A stretch of DNA of 58,436 nucleotides, from NCBI RefSeq assembly GCF_000315625.1, contig NW_005434620.1:1-58436 (forward strand). Reading direction: 5' to 3'. Position 1 is the stretch's first letter. Each line of letters starts with the position of its first letter. The notes beneath the pieces were generated by a model that was not told the origin of the DNA, ran no database searches, and saw only the letters and a program-made list of their open reading frames with translations. The DNA is from Guillardia theta CCMP2712. Its lineage: Eukaryota > Protista > Cryptophyta. Of the stretch, positions 1 to 10,550 are shown in pieces. The translations under genes and the position numbers were made by a program.

Positions 1-1794
1 CGTCGTCCTGGGTTGCCGAGGATGATTCCGCCCATTCCTTCAGCGTCGGAAAACATGCATTTCCAGGAGATGACAAGCTGTCGTACAGGCCGACGATGGC
101 TCCATCGAGCCTGAGTTTGCAAGCTTGGTTTTCTGCACTCTGTCCCTGGTTGACAGTCTCCTCTAGAACTTTGTAGATGTCTTCGAGGACCACGTTTGCC
201 TCTGGTTCTGGGATGTTGATCTCATTCTCGATCCGTTCGAGATCTACCTGAGCCCAAAGAGGCTCTGTAGGGGGTTCTGTAGCGATCGCTTCCCAGATGT
301 TGGCACTGCCTGGCTCTAGGAGAAGAAGTTTCCCTGCCCTGTCCCATGGCGCAAAGGACCTGAGGATGTCAATCGCCGTTTCTTTTTCTGAGAAGCTGAG
401 CACTAGATGTTCACCGTTCCAGCTGTTGGTCTCGACATCTTCTTTCGAGGAGATCTTGACGATGTGCTCAGCCGCTGACTCCTTCCAGCTCGCCACGATC
501 CGTCTCAGTCCTCGAATTGTCATGCCCATAGAGAGATCCTCCCCGTCGCAGATCTGTTCAGCTTCCTCTCTGGTGAACCTTCCTTCTGTGCTTTACTCTT
601 GACCAGTACCTCATAGGTCACTCTTCGTGGTACTGCTCCTAGCGCGTCGGGCAAGAAGTCCAACCTAATTGGATGCTGTCTCGTTACCCTGGTGATTGCA
701 CTAACCTGAGTAGTGAACCATTTGAGGATTTTTTCATCCTCCGACATCAGTCCGAGGTGTATGCTTCCTCCATTCCTGTCGNNNNNNNNNNNNNNNNNNN
801 NNNNNNNNNNNNNNNNNNNNNNNNNNNNNNNNNNNNNNNNNNNNNNNNNNNNNNNNNNNNNNNNNNNNNNNNNNNNNNNNNNNNNNNNNNNNNNNNNNNN
901 NNNNNNNNNNNNNNNNNNNNNNNNNNNNNNNNNNNNNNNNNNNNNNNNNNNNNNNNNNNNNNNNNNNNNNNNNNNNNNNNNNNNNNNNNNNNNNNNNNNN
1001 NNNNNNNNNNNNNNNNNNNNNNNNNNNNNNNNNNNNNNNNNNNNNNNNNNNNNNNNNNNNNNNNNNNCTAGGGCCCCCGCCTTGCCAGAGTGCTTATCCT
1101 TCTGTGGCCTTATCTTGAAGGAGCAAGGATGCTTCGAATGCGCGTTCACCGCGCGGATCATCTTTCCGTCGATCCTGAAGTTCGTCTGTCCTTTCCACAG
1201 CAGTTCTGCTGCGTCGTTCAATTGGAGTGTTGCCACGACTGGGATTTCATCCACTGTCGGAATCAAATCTTTCTTGATCGGGGCTCTCCACGAGATGCAT
1301 TTCTTGCCCTGCTCCTCGTGCACCAAGAGTCCTTGATCCTTCAACTTCTCACACAGTACCTCAACTTGTTTTATGTACTGGGTAGGAACTCCGAGGATAG
1401 CCATGGTAATCAGTTTACCACTCTCGGGGGACGCTCCTGAAGCATCGATGCAGGCACTCTTGTCTAGTACCTCCTGTTTGTCTGCGTTCCATGCAGAGAC
1501 ATACCACGACTGTCCTTCTTCCCCCCATTCTTTGATGGCATCCTCCTGGCTCCTGACTTCAGCATGTTTGCAGGTCTGTCGAATGGCTTCGGCTAAGGCG
1601 TTCATCGAGACTTCCTTGGACTGCAAGGCTCTGCCTGTCCTGCTCTGAGGGTACTGCCTGACGAAGTGTTCCAATCTTCGGATCAGCTCTCCTAGCGAAG
1701 GTGCTGAAGGCGTCGTGTCCTTGTTTAGGAACTGGGAAACTCGGACACGAGCAATCTGTTTCCTTTCCTCTTTGGATAGATACCACATGATCAA
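1..1794 (-). CDS. Orphan element protein, subfamily 1; frameshift near 580, assembly gap inside, 3' end outside window
   Basis: ORF 520..1794 aligns with subfamily 2 (RQYPQSRTG/KRYPNSRTA; LAEAIRQTC/IAEAIRSTC; ISWRAP/IMWKAP; IDGKMIRA/IDGRVFRA; GKAGAL/GKGGSL). My translation of another frame from ~583 to 1 is open and continues the homology (GRFTREEAEQICDG vs GRFSRKEMEALCGG; NSWNGEHLVLS vs LSWDGSLIALS; SSPGNACFPTLKEWA vs CSPGNVEFMTLGAWA). Confidence 0.75.
782..1067. other. Assembly gap (N run)
   Basis: Run of N bases. Confidence 1.
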
Positions 1795-1880
1795 ACAACC
1801 GTTTCTGCACAGAAAAATATCCTGTTCAGCACCCTAGCTCGCAGGGATCCCCTCAAACTGCAGGGGAGGAGAGCATGTCT

Positions 1881-1936
1881 GTTACTCCAGCGGCCTCCTG
1901 TTACTCCAGCGGCCTCCTAAACTCCAGCGGTCTCCT
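1881..1936. repeat. 5'-terminal tandem repeat of element 1 (GTTACTCCAGCGGCCTCCT x2 plus a degenerate third copy)
   Basis: 1881-1899 and 1900-1918 are identical; 1919-1936 reads aaactccagcggtctcct. Confidence 0.9.
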
Positions 1937-2076
1937 AAACCCTAAACCCTAAACCCTAAACCTAAACCCTAAACCCTAAACCCTAAACCCTAAACCCTAA
2001 ACCCTAAACCCTAAACCCTAAACCCTAAACCCTAAACCCTAAACCCTAAACCCTAAACCCTAAACCCTAAACCCTA
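1934..2076 (+). repeat. Telomeric repeat tract (CCCTAAA)~20 (TTTAGGG type)
   Basis: Read directly; one CCTAAA variant at 1961-1966. Confidence 0.98.
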
Positions 2077-2097
2077 GTAGTAGTAGTTGAGTTTATT
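2075..2097 (-). terminator. Element 3' end: AATAAA followed by (CTA)4 tail fused to GGGTTTAGGG
   Basis: Minus strand reads TCTAATAAACTCAA-CTACTACTACTA-GGGTTTAGGG. Confidence 0.6.
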
Positions 2098-2700
2098 AGA
2101 ATGCTAGGTAGGTTGCATGGCTTGTTTTCACCTTGCTCTATTCTAGTCTAACAGGGATCTCGTGACCTGGCAGTTCGGCCCGACTTGGCTGGCCCCTATG
2201 GCAGCCGTGCTTCTGCTCTGCTCCCTCCTCTGATATACTTCAGTGGTCTTCCCAAACCTCAGCCAGTGGCGTTTTCTCCGCCGGCCTTTGGCATGGGACG
2301 TCCGTGCTTTACTTGTGTTGCTTTCTCGGCTCCGACACACCTTTGCGGTCTCGGCCGGCCTTCGGCCAGTGAGTGGCTGATGGATGAGGTGGCAAGTGGG
2401 TTGTGGATGGGTCCCTGGGACTCACGTCCCTTAACCCGGGCCTCGGTCCGGACCGGGCCCGAGAGCCCGGCCGGCCTTCGCCCGGCCTCCTCCCCCCCCG
2501 CCCCCCCCTCCCCCCTCCCCCACCGGCTTACCTGCCCTTACCTTCGTTGCTTGCCCCATGTCCACCTCATTTATTTCTTCCTCCTTCCCCCCTTGGGGCC
2601 CACAGCTCCGCTCCGCCTCTTGTCCACCTCTAAGACTTGACTCGAGCCTCAAGCGCGCGAGAGGCCTGCGCCAGCCTCCTCCTCCACGCCCTCGCCCTCC

Positions 2701-4630
2701 TCAGCCTCCGCAGCTCAACCCATGGTGCTCAGCAAATTTACTGATCGCAAGAAACAAGAGGCTTACAGATCGACTCTCGATGTCATCGCTCTCAGCCTCC
2801 TGCTCGAGCGCATCAGTCGCTGCTGCCCTTGGAGAGAAGGCGCTGCCCCTCCTCGCTGCCTTGTTCCCTTGCACCCGTGTCCAGCGCTGCTCGCCGAGGT
2901 ATGCTCTGAGCTTTTCTTTCAACATGTTTCGCTTCGATCCCAACGTCGGCGTGGCTGCCCAAGCTCCGAGCGTCATGAACTCCACGTTGCCCGGCGAGCA
3001 GAAGGTGTCATGCAGCTTGCCAACACTCTTGTCTAGCTCCAGCGAGATCGGCTTGCCAGCTAGCAGCTCCTCCTCTGATGTCTCCAAGAGCATCGTCGAG
3101 AGGTCGAGCAAGACCTGTTGATCGACTGGCCCTGACGGCGACGCTGCTTCCATGGTGATCCTGTCGATGTCGCTGAGCTCCAGCCATCCAGCGCCTTGCT
3201 GCTGCCCTTGGGGCTCTTGGGCTTGCTCCTCGCTCTCTTCTTCCTCCTGAGAGCTGACAGTGGGTTTGAACCCCACCGCCTCCAGCTTGACTTCCAGGAT
3301 CCCTTCCAAGTAGAAGGGGATGTCTTCCATCAAGCGTCGAGCCTCTGCCTTGGTCGCCAGGGAGAGAGCTATCAGGCTCCCATCCCAGCTGAGCGTGTCA
3401 CGATCCTCCTCGACCTCGACGCTGACAAGCTTGAGGTTCATTCTTCTTGCTAATTCCAACATGGCTCGCTTGACTCTCGTGATCGATGTGTTACCTCCTC
3501 CGCACAGCGCTTCCATCTCCTTCCTCGAGAAGCGGCCTGTGCTCATGCTTGACCTCGACTTGATCTGTACTCTAAAGCTGCTGCGCCCCGCATGATCTCT
3601 CTCGCGAAGTGCCCTCCTTTGCTTGGCAATCTTTCCCCTCGGCACGAAGGTGTCGGCTGTGAGCTCGACTGCAAACGTCTCTCTGAGCTTGACGTCGTCG
3701 CTGATGAGAGTGAGATGCACCCCCTCCATCGCCTCGCTCTCTCTGAACGAGGCCAAGGTCTGCTCGCAGCTTGCCGTCGAAGGCGAGCTGAGCACCCACT
3801 CTAGCTCTCTCTGCTGGAGAGCTCCGGTGCTTGCCCCAACAGCAACATACGTCTTCGGGCTCGGCCCCTTGCGACCTCTCTGCCCAGGACCCTGCACGAG
3901 CATGCCCGCAAGTGGTTGTACCTCTGCGGCTGCAAGAGATTGCGAGAGCAGCTGAAATCGATAGATCTGAGCGATCTCAGCCGTCGACATTCCTCCAAGA
4001 GCTAAGAGCTGCGATAGCTCGGCAAGGCTCCCTCCCTTGCCCCAAGGTCCTCGCTTGGCTCGAAGCTTGAACGACCGGTCATGTGCAATGCTCACCTCTG
4101 TGGCTCGAAAGACTCTCCCTTCGATGGCGTATTCTGTCCTGCCTTCCCATAGCTCCATGGCTGCTTCATTCCGAAGGAAGGAGACGGTGACTGAGATGTC
4201 GTCTGCTCGTGCTATCTCAGGTCTGTAAGGTGCTTTCCACATGATGGCCTTGTCGACTCCATCGACTGAGTCTACCATGAGACCTAGCTCCATAAGCTTC
4301 GTTTTCAACTTTTCTTCTTGTCGAACATACATCGAGGAAATCCCTAGGAGAGTCATGGAGATGAAGGAGGTCCCCTCGGTGCCTTCGGTGCCGATGTATG
4401 TCTCGACATTCTGCTTCTTGGCCTCCTCCATCTGTTGAATAAACCATGCTCTCGACTCTGAGCTCCATTCGCTCAGAGAGTCTTCAAACAGGTCGCGTCT
4501 CGCCTGCCGACATGTCGAGCGGATGGCTTCAGCGATAGCGTCGGGAGTGCATCCCCCCTCAGCTCTGCAAGCATGAGCTGTCCGACTATTCGGATAACGC
4601 TTGGTGAAGTTCTTCACCCTCTCGACGAGG
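2701..4630 (-). CDS. Orphan element protein, subfamily 2 copy B (lacks first ~34 codons)
   Basis: Uninterrupted, intronless 638-aa ORF (2701..4617), highly similar to ORF 8864..10447. Similarity to copy A stops at 4630 (equivalent to 10319 in copy A). Confidence 0.8.
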
Positions 4631-7600
4631 GGCAGGGTGAGCAGCTGGAAAGGCTGACCTGGTCCTTGTAGTATCCGACGTTGCAGGAGACGCAGGTGTG
4701 CGCCCCATCAAAGGCATAGCCTAGACCGCAGGAGCAGGTTGAATAGTCTTTCCGGACGAAGGTCGCGTCACATACACACTCATAGATATCGGAAGCCCCC
4801 GTCTGGCTGGTGGAATAGGTGTTGCAGGAGATGCAGGAAGTCATCGCCGTCGTGTTTCCAAACATCCCCAGCGGGCAGTTGACACAGGCATCATTGCTCA
4901 GTGTGGGTTTGTAAGTAGATACCGGGCAAGGAGTGAAGACTGAGTCCGTCTGACGGTAGTATCCCGGTATCGCAGTGCAGACAAAGTCAAAGTACGACTG
5001 CGAGGACGGGCGCTTCGAATTGGACGGGCATCGTTTCACGCAACTGTCACCCACATCAATAGAGTCAAGCGGACAGCGCTGGCAATAGCACTCCCCGACT
5101 GCTCCTGCTGGTGAGTTCGGCTTGGAAGCGGGACATGAAGCACAATAAGCAGGAAGACTGGCCTTGATGATGACAATCCCTGATCCTCCTTTTCCGCTGT
5201 CGTACGTTCGGTAATTGATTGCACTCCTTCCTCCTCCTCCTCCTCCAGACCCTGTGTGGTCGACTGCGTTGCCGCCGTAAGCGTTGATATTGTCATGACC
5301 TCCGTATCCCCCGATCCCACACGCGGAGAAGCCGTAATTGTACCAACCTGTTTGACCTCCGCCTCCACCCGCAGCAAAAGGCATGCTGACGCCTGTGATG
5401 TCGTAGTAGACGCAATTGCCTGGCTGACCCAGGTTGGGGGAGTAGCTACCACCTCCTGCTCCTCCGCCGCCACCACCGACGACGTACACACCGGGTTGAT
5501 ACCCAGGGTTGCCCTGTCCGGCGACGTTGTTCCCGCCTGCCTGTGTGCCTTTACCACCACCGCCTCCTCCAGAGCCTCCTGCTGTTCCGGCAACGTTGAG
5601 CCAGCCACCTCTGCCACCTCCAGTTGCCACATAGTTAACGCTCCACCATCGCCGACCGTGACCGTGTAGGTGCCAGCCTGCATCAACACGTTCTTCTGAT
5701 AGATAACACCTCCTGCGCCTCCACCCCCGATGCCAAAGAGTAGGTTCTCCGCCCAGAGATATGCGTTGTAACAAGCGGTGTAGTCCCATGATATGTCGCA
5801 GCACTGTGCCGAGCCGCCAGGCCCACCGCCAGCCACGATCAGAAAGTCAACATAGGTGTCCTGGCTGACAGAGACGGTGTAGGATGTGTCAAAGTGTATG
5901 CTGGGTTTGATATGAGTGAAGTTGTAGAAGTATTCACCGTTCTGACCGAAGCGGCTGTAGGAGATACTACTCGTGATCGTCGGGGAGAGGTAAGATTTGT
6001 ACGTGTTGGCTTGGCACGAGCTGGGAGCATAGCACATGTCGATGTTGTCATTGAAGATCTTGGCTTGTGATGCCTGCTTCCCAGCGGGACAGGAGACACA
6101 GCTATTCAGAGTGGAGTTGTAGTACTCGTCATAGTTACAGATCGTCAGGACGCAAGTAGAGGAAGAGCACGAGCAGTTGCCTGTAGAACCAGCCGGGGAG
6201 TAGGGCTGGTCTGCCGGACAGGTCTTGCAAGTCCCGTTGGAGTCGTAAGAGTTAGCCGTGCAGACGCTCTGGGAATCGCAAGATCCACTGACTGACAGAC
6301 CCGACGCAGGGCTCAGCTTGCCGACGGAACACATCACGCACTGGGCCAAGGAAGAGTTCCAGTAGCCCCTCGAGCCGCAACCCGACGTACAGCTGCAAAC
6401 GTTCGTGCCAGAGCCCGTGTTGTAGCTCTGTGCTGGGCATGACGTGCAGATTGTAGCCCCGGGGCTGGAATAGCTGTTGGCAGGGCAGGCCTGGCAATCG
6501 GAAAGACTGACGCTGTCCTTACGGTATGTGCCGGCGGGACAGTCCGTACAGTTCTGATATACCGAAGGTCGCATTCCTTCCGGGCAGTCGTCGATCGTGA
6601 CACTAGCCTGCAGATTTGTGGTGGCAAACGCCGGACAGGCCGTGCAGGATGAAGATGCAGGCGTGTTAGCGTAGGAACCAATACCGCAGGCGTTGCAATT
6701 CGTGCTGCCTGTCTGTGCTTGGAAGTAACCAAGCGGGCAGTTTGTGCAGGCGTCATTGCTGACAGTGGGCTTGTAGGTGGCTATCGGGCACTTGGTGAAG
6801 TTCTGTCCGGTTCGGTAATAGCCGGCGATCGCAAGACACTGATCAAAGGACGTTGATTGGTCGGACAGCGTGACGGAGTTGCTCGGGCAGTTGGTACAGG
6901 CCTGCAGTCCGAGAGAGGTCTTGTAAGTATTCATGCCGCAACTGACGCAGGCTTCACCCTGAAGCGTCTTGCCTATTGAGCAAGTGCATACTGACGTACA
7001 ACGATTCTCTTTCGAAAGTAGGGATACAGTTACAATCCGCATAAGAAGTGCTGCCCATCCCAGATGTAGTGAAGTATTGTGGACACTGGGTGCAGGCCGC
7101 CAGACTGATCTGGTCCTTGTAGTACCCGATATCACACGAAACGCAGGTATCCAGTCCGTTGAACGTCTTCCCGACATTACACGAGCAAGTGCTGTAGTCT
7201 TTCCTGTAGAAAGTAGGGATACAAGTGCAGTTGTCATACGAGATACTGCCCATCCCAGACGTCGTGAAGTAAACAGGACAATCCGTGCAGCGAGTGCGAT
7301 TCGTGCCGTCGGAATAGGAGGCAGTGGCGCAGGCATAGAAGGAGTCGGAGACTTCAAAGTACCCAAGGTCGGAGACGCAGTTGTAGGCAGAGATGGAAGC
7401 GAGCTGCAGCGTCGTGGCACCGGTCGGGCAGTGATCACAGGTCGTGCGATCGATGTGGTCGTTGTATGTGCCGATGGGGCACTGGAAGAAGTGGGAGTTG
7501 GAGTCCTGGTAACAGCCGATCTGGGAGACGCACTCGAACGAGTAAACAGAGCCTTCTTCCATGGTTGTAGCGTACGTGGGACAGGGTGTACAAGCCACGT

Positions 7601-9007
7601 TACTGACGGTCGACTTGTAGTAGCCGATGGGGCACTTCCTGAAGTCTCCTGCGGCATACCGATAGTAGCCCATGAGGGCAGTGCAGGCGTCGGCTGTGCT
7701 GGAGCCTTGTAGCAGCGTCGTCGCGCCCAACGGGCAGTCGGTACAGGCTTGAAGCCCGACGGAGTTCTTGTAGGTTCCAAACGGACAGTCCGAGCACTGC
7801 AACCAGCCGTCATAGTACTTGCCCAAATAGCAGGTGCAAGAAGTCGCACTCTCCCTGTAGAACGTATAGTCGCAAATACAGTCCCATATGCTTGTTGTTC
7901 CTGTGTCTTCTGTTATAGAGAACTGCGGACATAGAGTGCAGGCTGCCAGGCTGACCTGGTCCTTATAGTACCCATAATCGCAAGGATTGCAGGTATCCAG
8001 TCCATCGAAGGTATAGCCGACGTTACAGGAACAAGTACTTGCATCCTTCCTATAGAAAGTAGGAATACAGTTACAATCCGCATAAGAAGTGCTGCCAGTC
8101 GAAGCCGTAGTGAAGTACTGGGGACACTGCGTGCAGGCTGCTAGACTAACCTGATCTTTGTAGTACCCGATGTTACAGGAGACACAAGTATCCAGTCCGT
8201 TGAACGTCTTACCGACATTGCAAGAACAAGTGCTAGAATTCTGCCGATAGAAAGTAGGAATGCAAGTGCAGTTGTCATAAGAGATACTGCCCATCCCAGA
8301 CGTCGTGAAGTACTGCGGACAGGAAGAACAGGAAGTCGTACCCCGCTGATCGGCGTAAGCGCCCACCCCGCAGAGTTGGCAGGCAGTAGAACCCGTCGTA
8401 CCTATGGCAGTGCCGAGCGGGCAATTGGTACAGCCCTGGATGTTGATATCACCGAAGTTCATACAGTAATCGGGTTTAGGATTCAGTCCGTTGTAGTAAG
8501 TAAACAGGTAGCGTCCAGAGAACTTGCAGTTGACAGTGTTAGCATAAGCACCACTGGGAAAGGCTGCCATCGTCCCGCACAGATTGTTGCTCGTAGGCGT
8601 CAGCGAATCACCGACATAGATCTTTTCATAATCTTCACGCATCCAACAACAATCTTTTCTGCTCGATATTGTGACCGATTGGACATCCTTGCTGCTCCCA
8701 AAGTCGATCCACCAATAGCGCGTCGCTGTGCAGACCGTATGCATGAAGTTAGCAAGATTGTTATCCACGGCGTATCTCCAAGGAAAACTGCCAGAGTAAT
8801 AGCTCGACTGTCCGCCCGTACAGAGAGAGTTGCCCGTCATAGCCCCGCAGTCCTCGAGGTGTGTCATGAGCCCGGTCGAGCTGTACGTCCCCGCCACGCA
8901 GCTGTAGCCGCAGTAACGGATGGAGGTCGAGCCAAGGCCGGGAGTGGACTGTCCCGAGGCGCAGGCAGTGCAGATCGTGAGTCCGAGCGTATCGGAGTAT
9001 CGGCCTT
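4628..9007 (-). pseudogene. Truncated, frameshifted Cys-rich repeat protein (GCC2/GCC3, TNFR/ephrin-receptor-like) with an F-type lectin domain and a Gly-rich domain
   Basis: Three overlapping frames (6954..8897; the 3' part of 5036..7849; 4614..5804) carry CxxCPxGxY repeats. Frameshifts at ~7010 and ~5640 are not GT-AG introns. F-type lectin motif H-x26-R-x-D-x4-R (MHTV...RKDCCWMR) at ~8640-8745. Gly-rich domain (VDFLIVAGGG...GGGGAGG...YTVTVGDGG...GSGIVII) at ~5170-5850. No native start or stop. Confidence 0.8.
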
Positions 9008-9039
9008 GCTAATTCCAACATGGCTCGCTTGACTCGCGT

Positions 9040-10420
9040 CCCAGCTCAGGCTCCCATCCCAGCTCAGGCTCCCATCCCAGCTCAGCGTGTCTCGATCTTC
9101 TTGAACCTCAATGCTGGCAAGCTTCAGGTTCATTCTTCTTGCTAATTCCAACATGGCTCGCTTGACTCGCGTGGTCGATGTGTTGCCTCCTCCGCACAGT
9201 GCTTCCATCTCCTTCCTCGAGAAGCGGCCTGTGCTCATGCTTGACTTCGACTTGATCTGCACCCTGAAACTGCCGCTTGGAGCCTGCTCCCTGTCGCGAA
9301 GTACCTTCCTCTGCTTGGCAATCTTTCCTCTCGGCACGAAGGTGTCTGCTGTGAGCTCGACTGCAAACGTCTCTCTGAGCTTGGCGTCGTCGCTGACAAG
9401 AGTCAGGTGCACCCCCTCCATCGCCTCGCTCTCTCTGAACGAGGCCAACGTCTGCTCGCAGCTGGCCGTCGATGGGCAGGATAGTACCCACTCGAGCTCT
9501 CTCTGCTGCAGAGCTCCGGTGCTTGCTCCAACAGCAACATACGTCTTCGGGCTCGGCCCCTTGCGACCTCTCTGCCCAGCACCCTGCACGAGCATGCCCG
9601 CCAGCGGTTGTACCTCTGCTGCGGCGAGACATTGCGAGATCAGTTGGAATTGATAGATCCGAGCTATGTCCGCCGTCGACATTCCTCCAAGAGCTAGGAG
9701 CTGCGATAGCTCGGCAAGGCTCCCTCCCTTGCCCCAAGGTCCTCGCTTGGCTCGGAGCTTGAACGACCGGTCGTGTGCAATGCTGACTTCAGTTGCTCTG
9801 AAAACTCGCCCGTCGATGCTGTACTCTCTGCTGCCTTGCCAGAGTGCGATGGCTTCATTCCGAAGGAAGGAGATGGTGACTGAGATGTCGTCTGCTCGTG
9901 CTATCTCAGGTCTGTAAGGTGCTTTCCACATGATGGACTTGTCGTCTCTATCGACTGAGTCTACTATGAGTCCCAGCTCCGTCAACTTCATTTTCAATTT
10001 GTCTTCTTGTCGCACATACATCGAGGAGATGCCCAGGAGAGTCATGGAGATGAAGGAGGTCTCCTCGGTGTCTTCGGTGCCGATGTAAGTCTCGACATTC
10101 TGCTGTTTGGCCTCTTTCATCTGTTGCATGAACCATGCTCTCGACTCTGGGCTCCATGCGCTCAGAGAGTCTTCAAACAGGTCGCGTCTCGCCTGCCGAC
10201 ATGTCGAGCGGATGGCTTCTGCGATAGCGTCGGGAGTGCATCCCCCCTCAGCTCTGCAAGCATGAGCTGTCCGACTATTCGGATAACGCTTGGTGAAGCT
10301 CTTCACTCTCTCGACGAGGTCGGCCTCCTCGACGTGGCCTCCTGAGCGCTCACCCTGCGTGTATTGGCATGATCTCCGATACAGCAGGTTGCGAACGCTC
10401 TCATCATACTGTAGTACCAT
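9040..10420 (-). CDS. Orphan element protein, subfamily 2 copy A (N-terminal ~450 aa, 3'-truncated)
   Basis: ORF 8864..10447, probable ATG at 10420. Homology to copy B ends at DRDTLSWDGSL, followed by a rearranged junction. Confidence 0.8.
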
Positions 10421-10510
10421 ACTTAGAAAGCTGTTTGAACTGCACAAACCTCTTGCTCGCAGCTTCCTCCGGTGCCCTTGCGCTCTCCCTACGCGCCACA
10501 GAGCAGCATG

Positions 10511-10550
10511 CCTCTGTCAACGGGCCCCTGCCTCTGTCAACGGGCCCCCT
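10511..10550. repeat. 5'-terminal 20-nt tandem duplication of element copy A
   Basis: cctctgtcaacgggcccctg / cctctgtcaacgggccccct, directly followed by aaaccct. Confidence 0.9.

Larger units (their letters stand above)
1..1936 (-). mobile_element. Telomere-repeat-associated element, subfamily 1 (5' portion; runs off left edge)
   Basis: Its 5' end with a 19-nt tandem repeat (1881-1936) abuts (CCCTAAA)n. The ORF is homologous to those at 2701-4630 and 9040-10420. Confidence 0.7.
2075..10546 (-). mobile_element. Composite telomere-repeat-bounded unit: element subfamily 2 copy A (5' part) + captured Cys-rich gene + copy B (5'-truncated, intact 3' end)
   Basis: Bounded by CCCTAAA tracts on both sides. 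Copy A (~9040-10546) and copy B (2075-4630) share ~1.25 kb of high nucleotide similarity in direct orientation. Confidence 0.7.

Noticed and set aside
673-1336. ORFs spanning the N gap
   Set aside because: Artefacts of N translation; frame continuity of the 520..1794 ORF across the gap is also unverified.
2076-2700. Hammerhead ribozyme as in Penelope/Athena/Terminon elements
   Set aside because: No CUGANGA...GAAA core with compatible stems found on either strand; ctgatgga at ~2377 does not fit.
5036-7849. 937-aa ORF as an independent gene
   Set aside because: Only ~7010-5640 is the true frame of the cargo gene; both flanks are off-frame readings.
2701-10447. LTR retrotransposon (direct repeats flanking an internal region)
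   Set aside because: The repeats are coding, visibly diverged and lack TG..CA ends, PBS and PPT; the internal region is a Cys-rich gene, not gag-pol.
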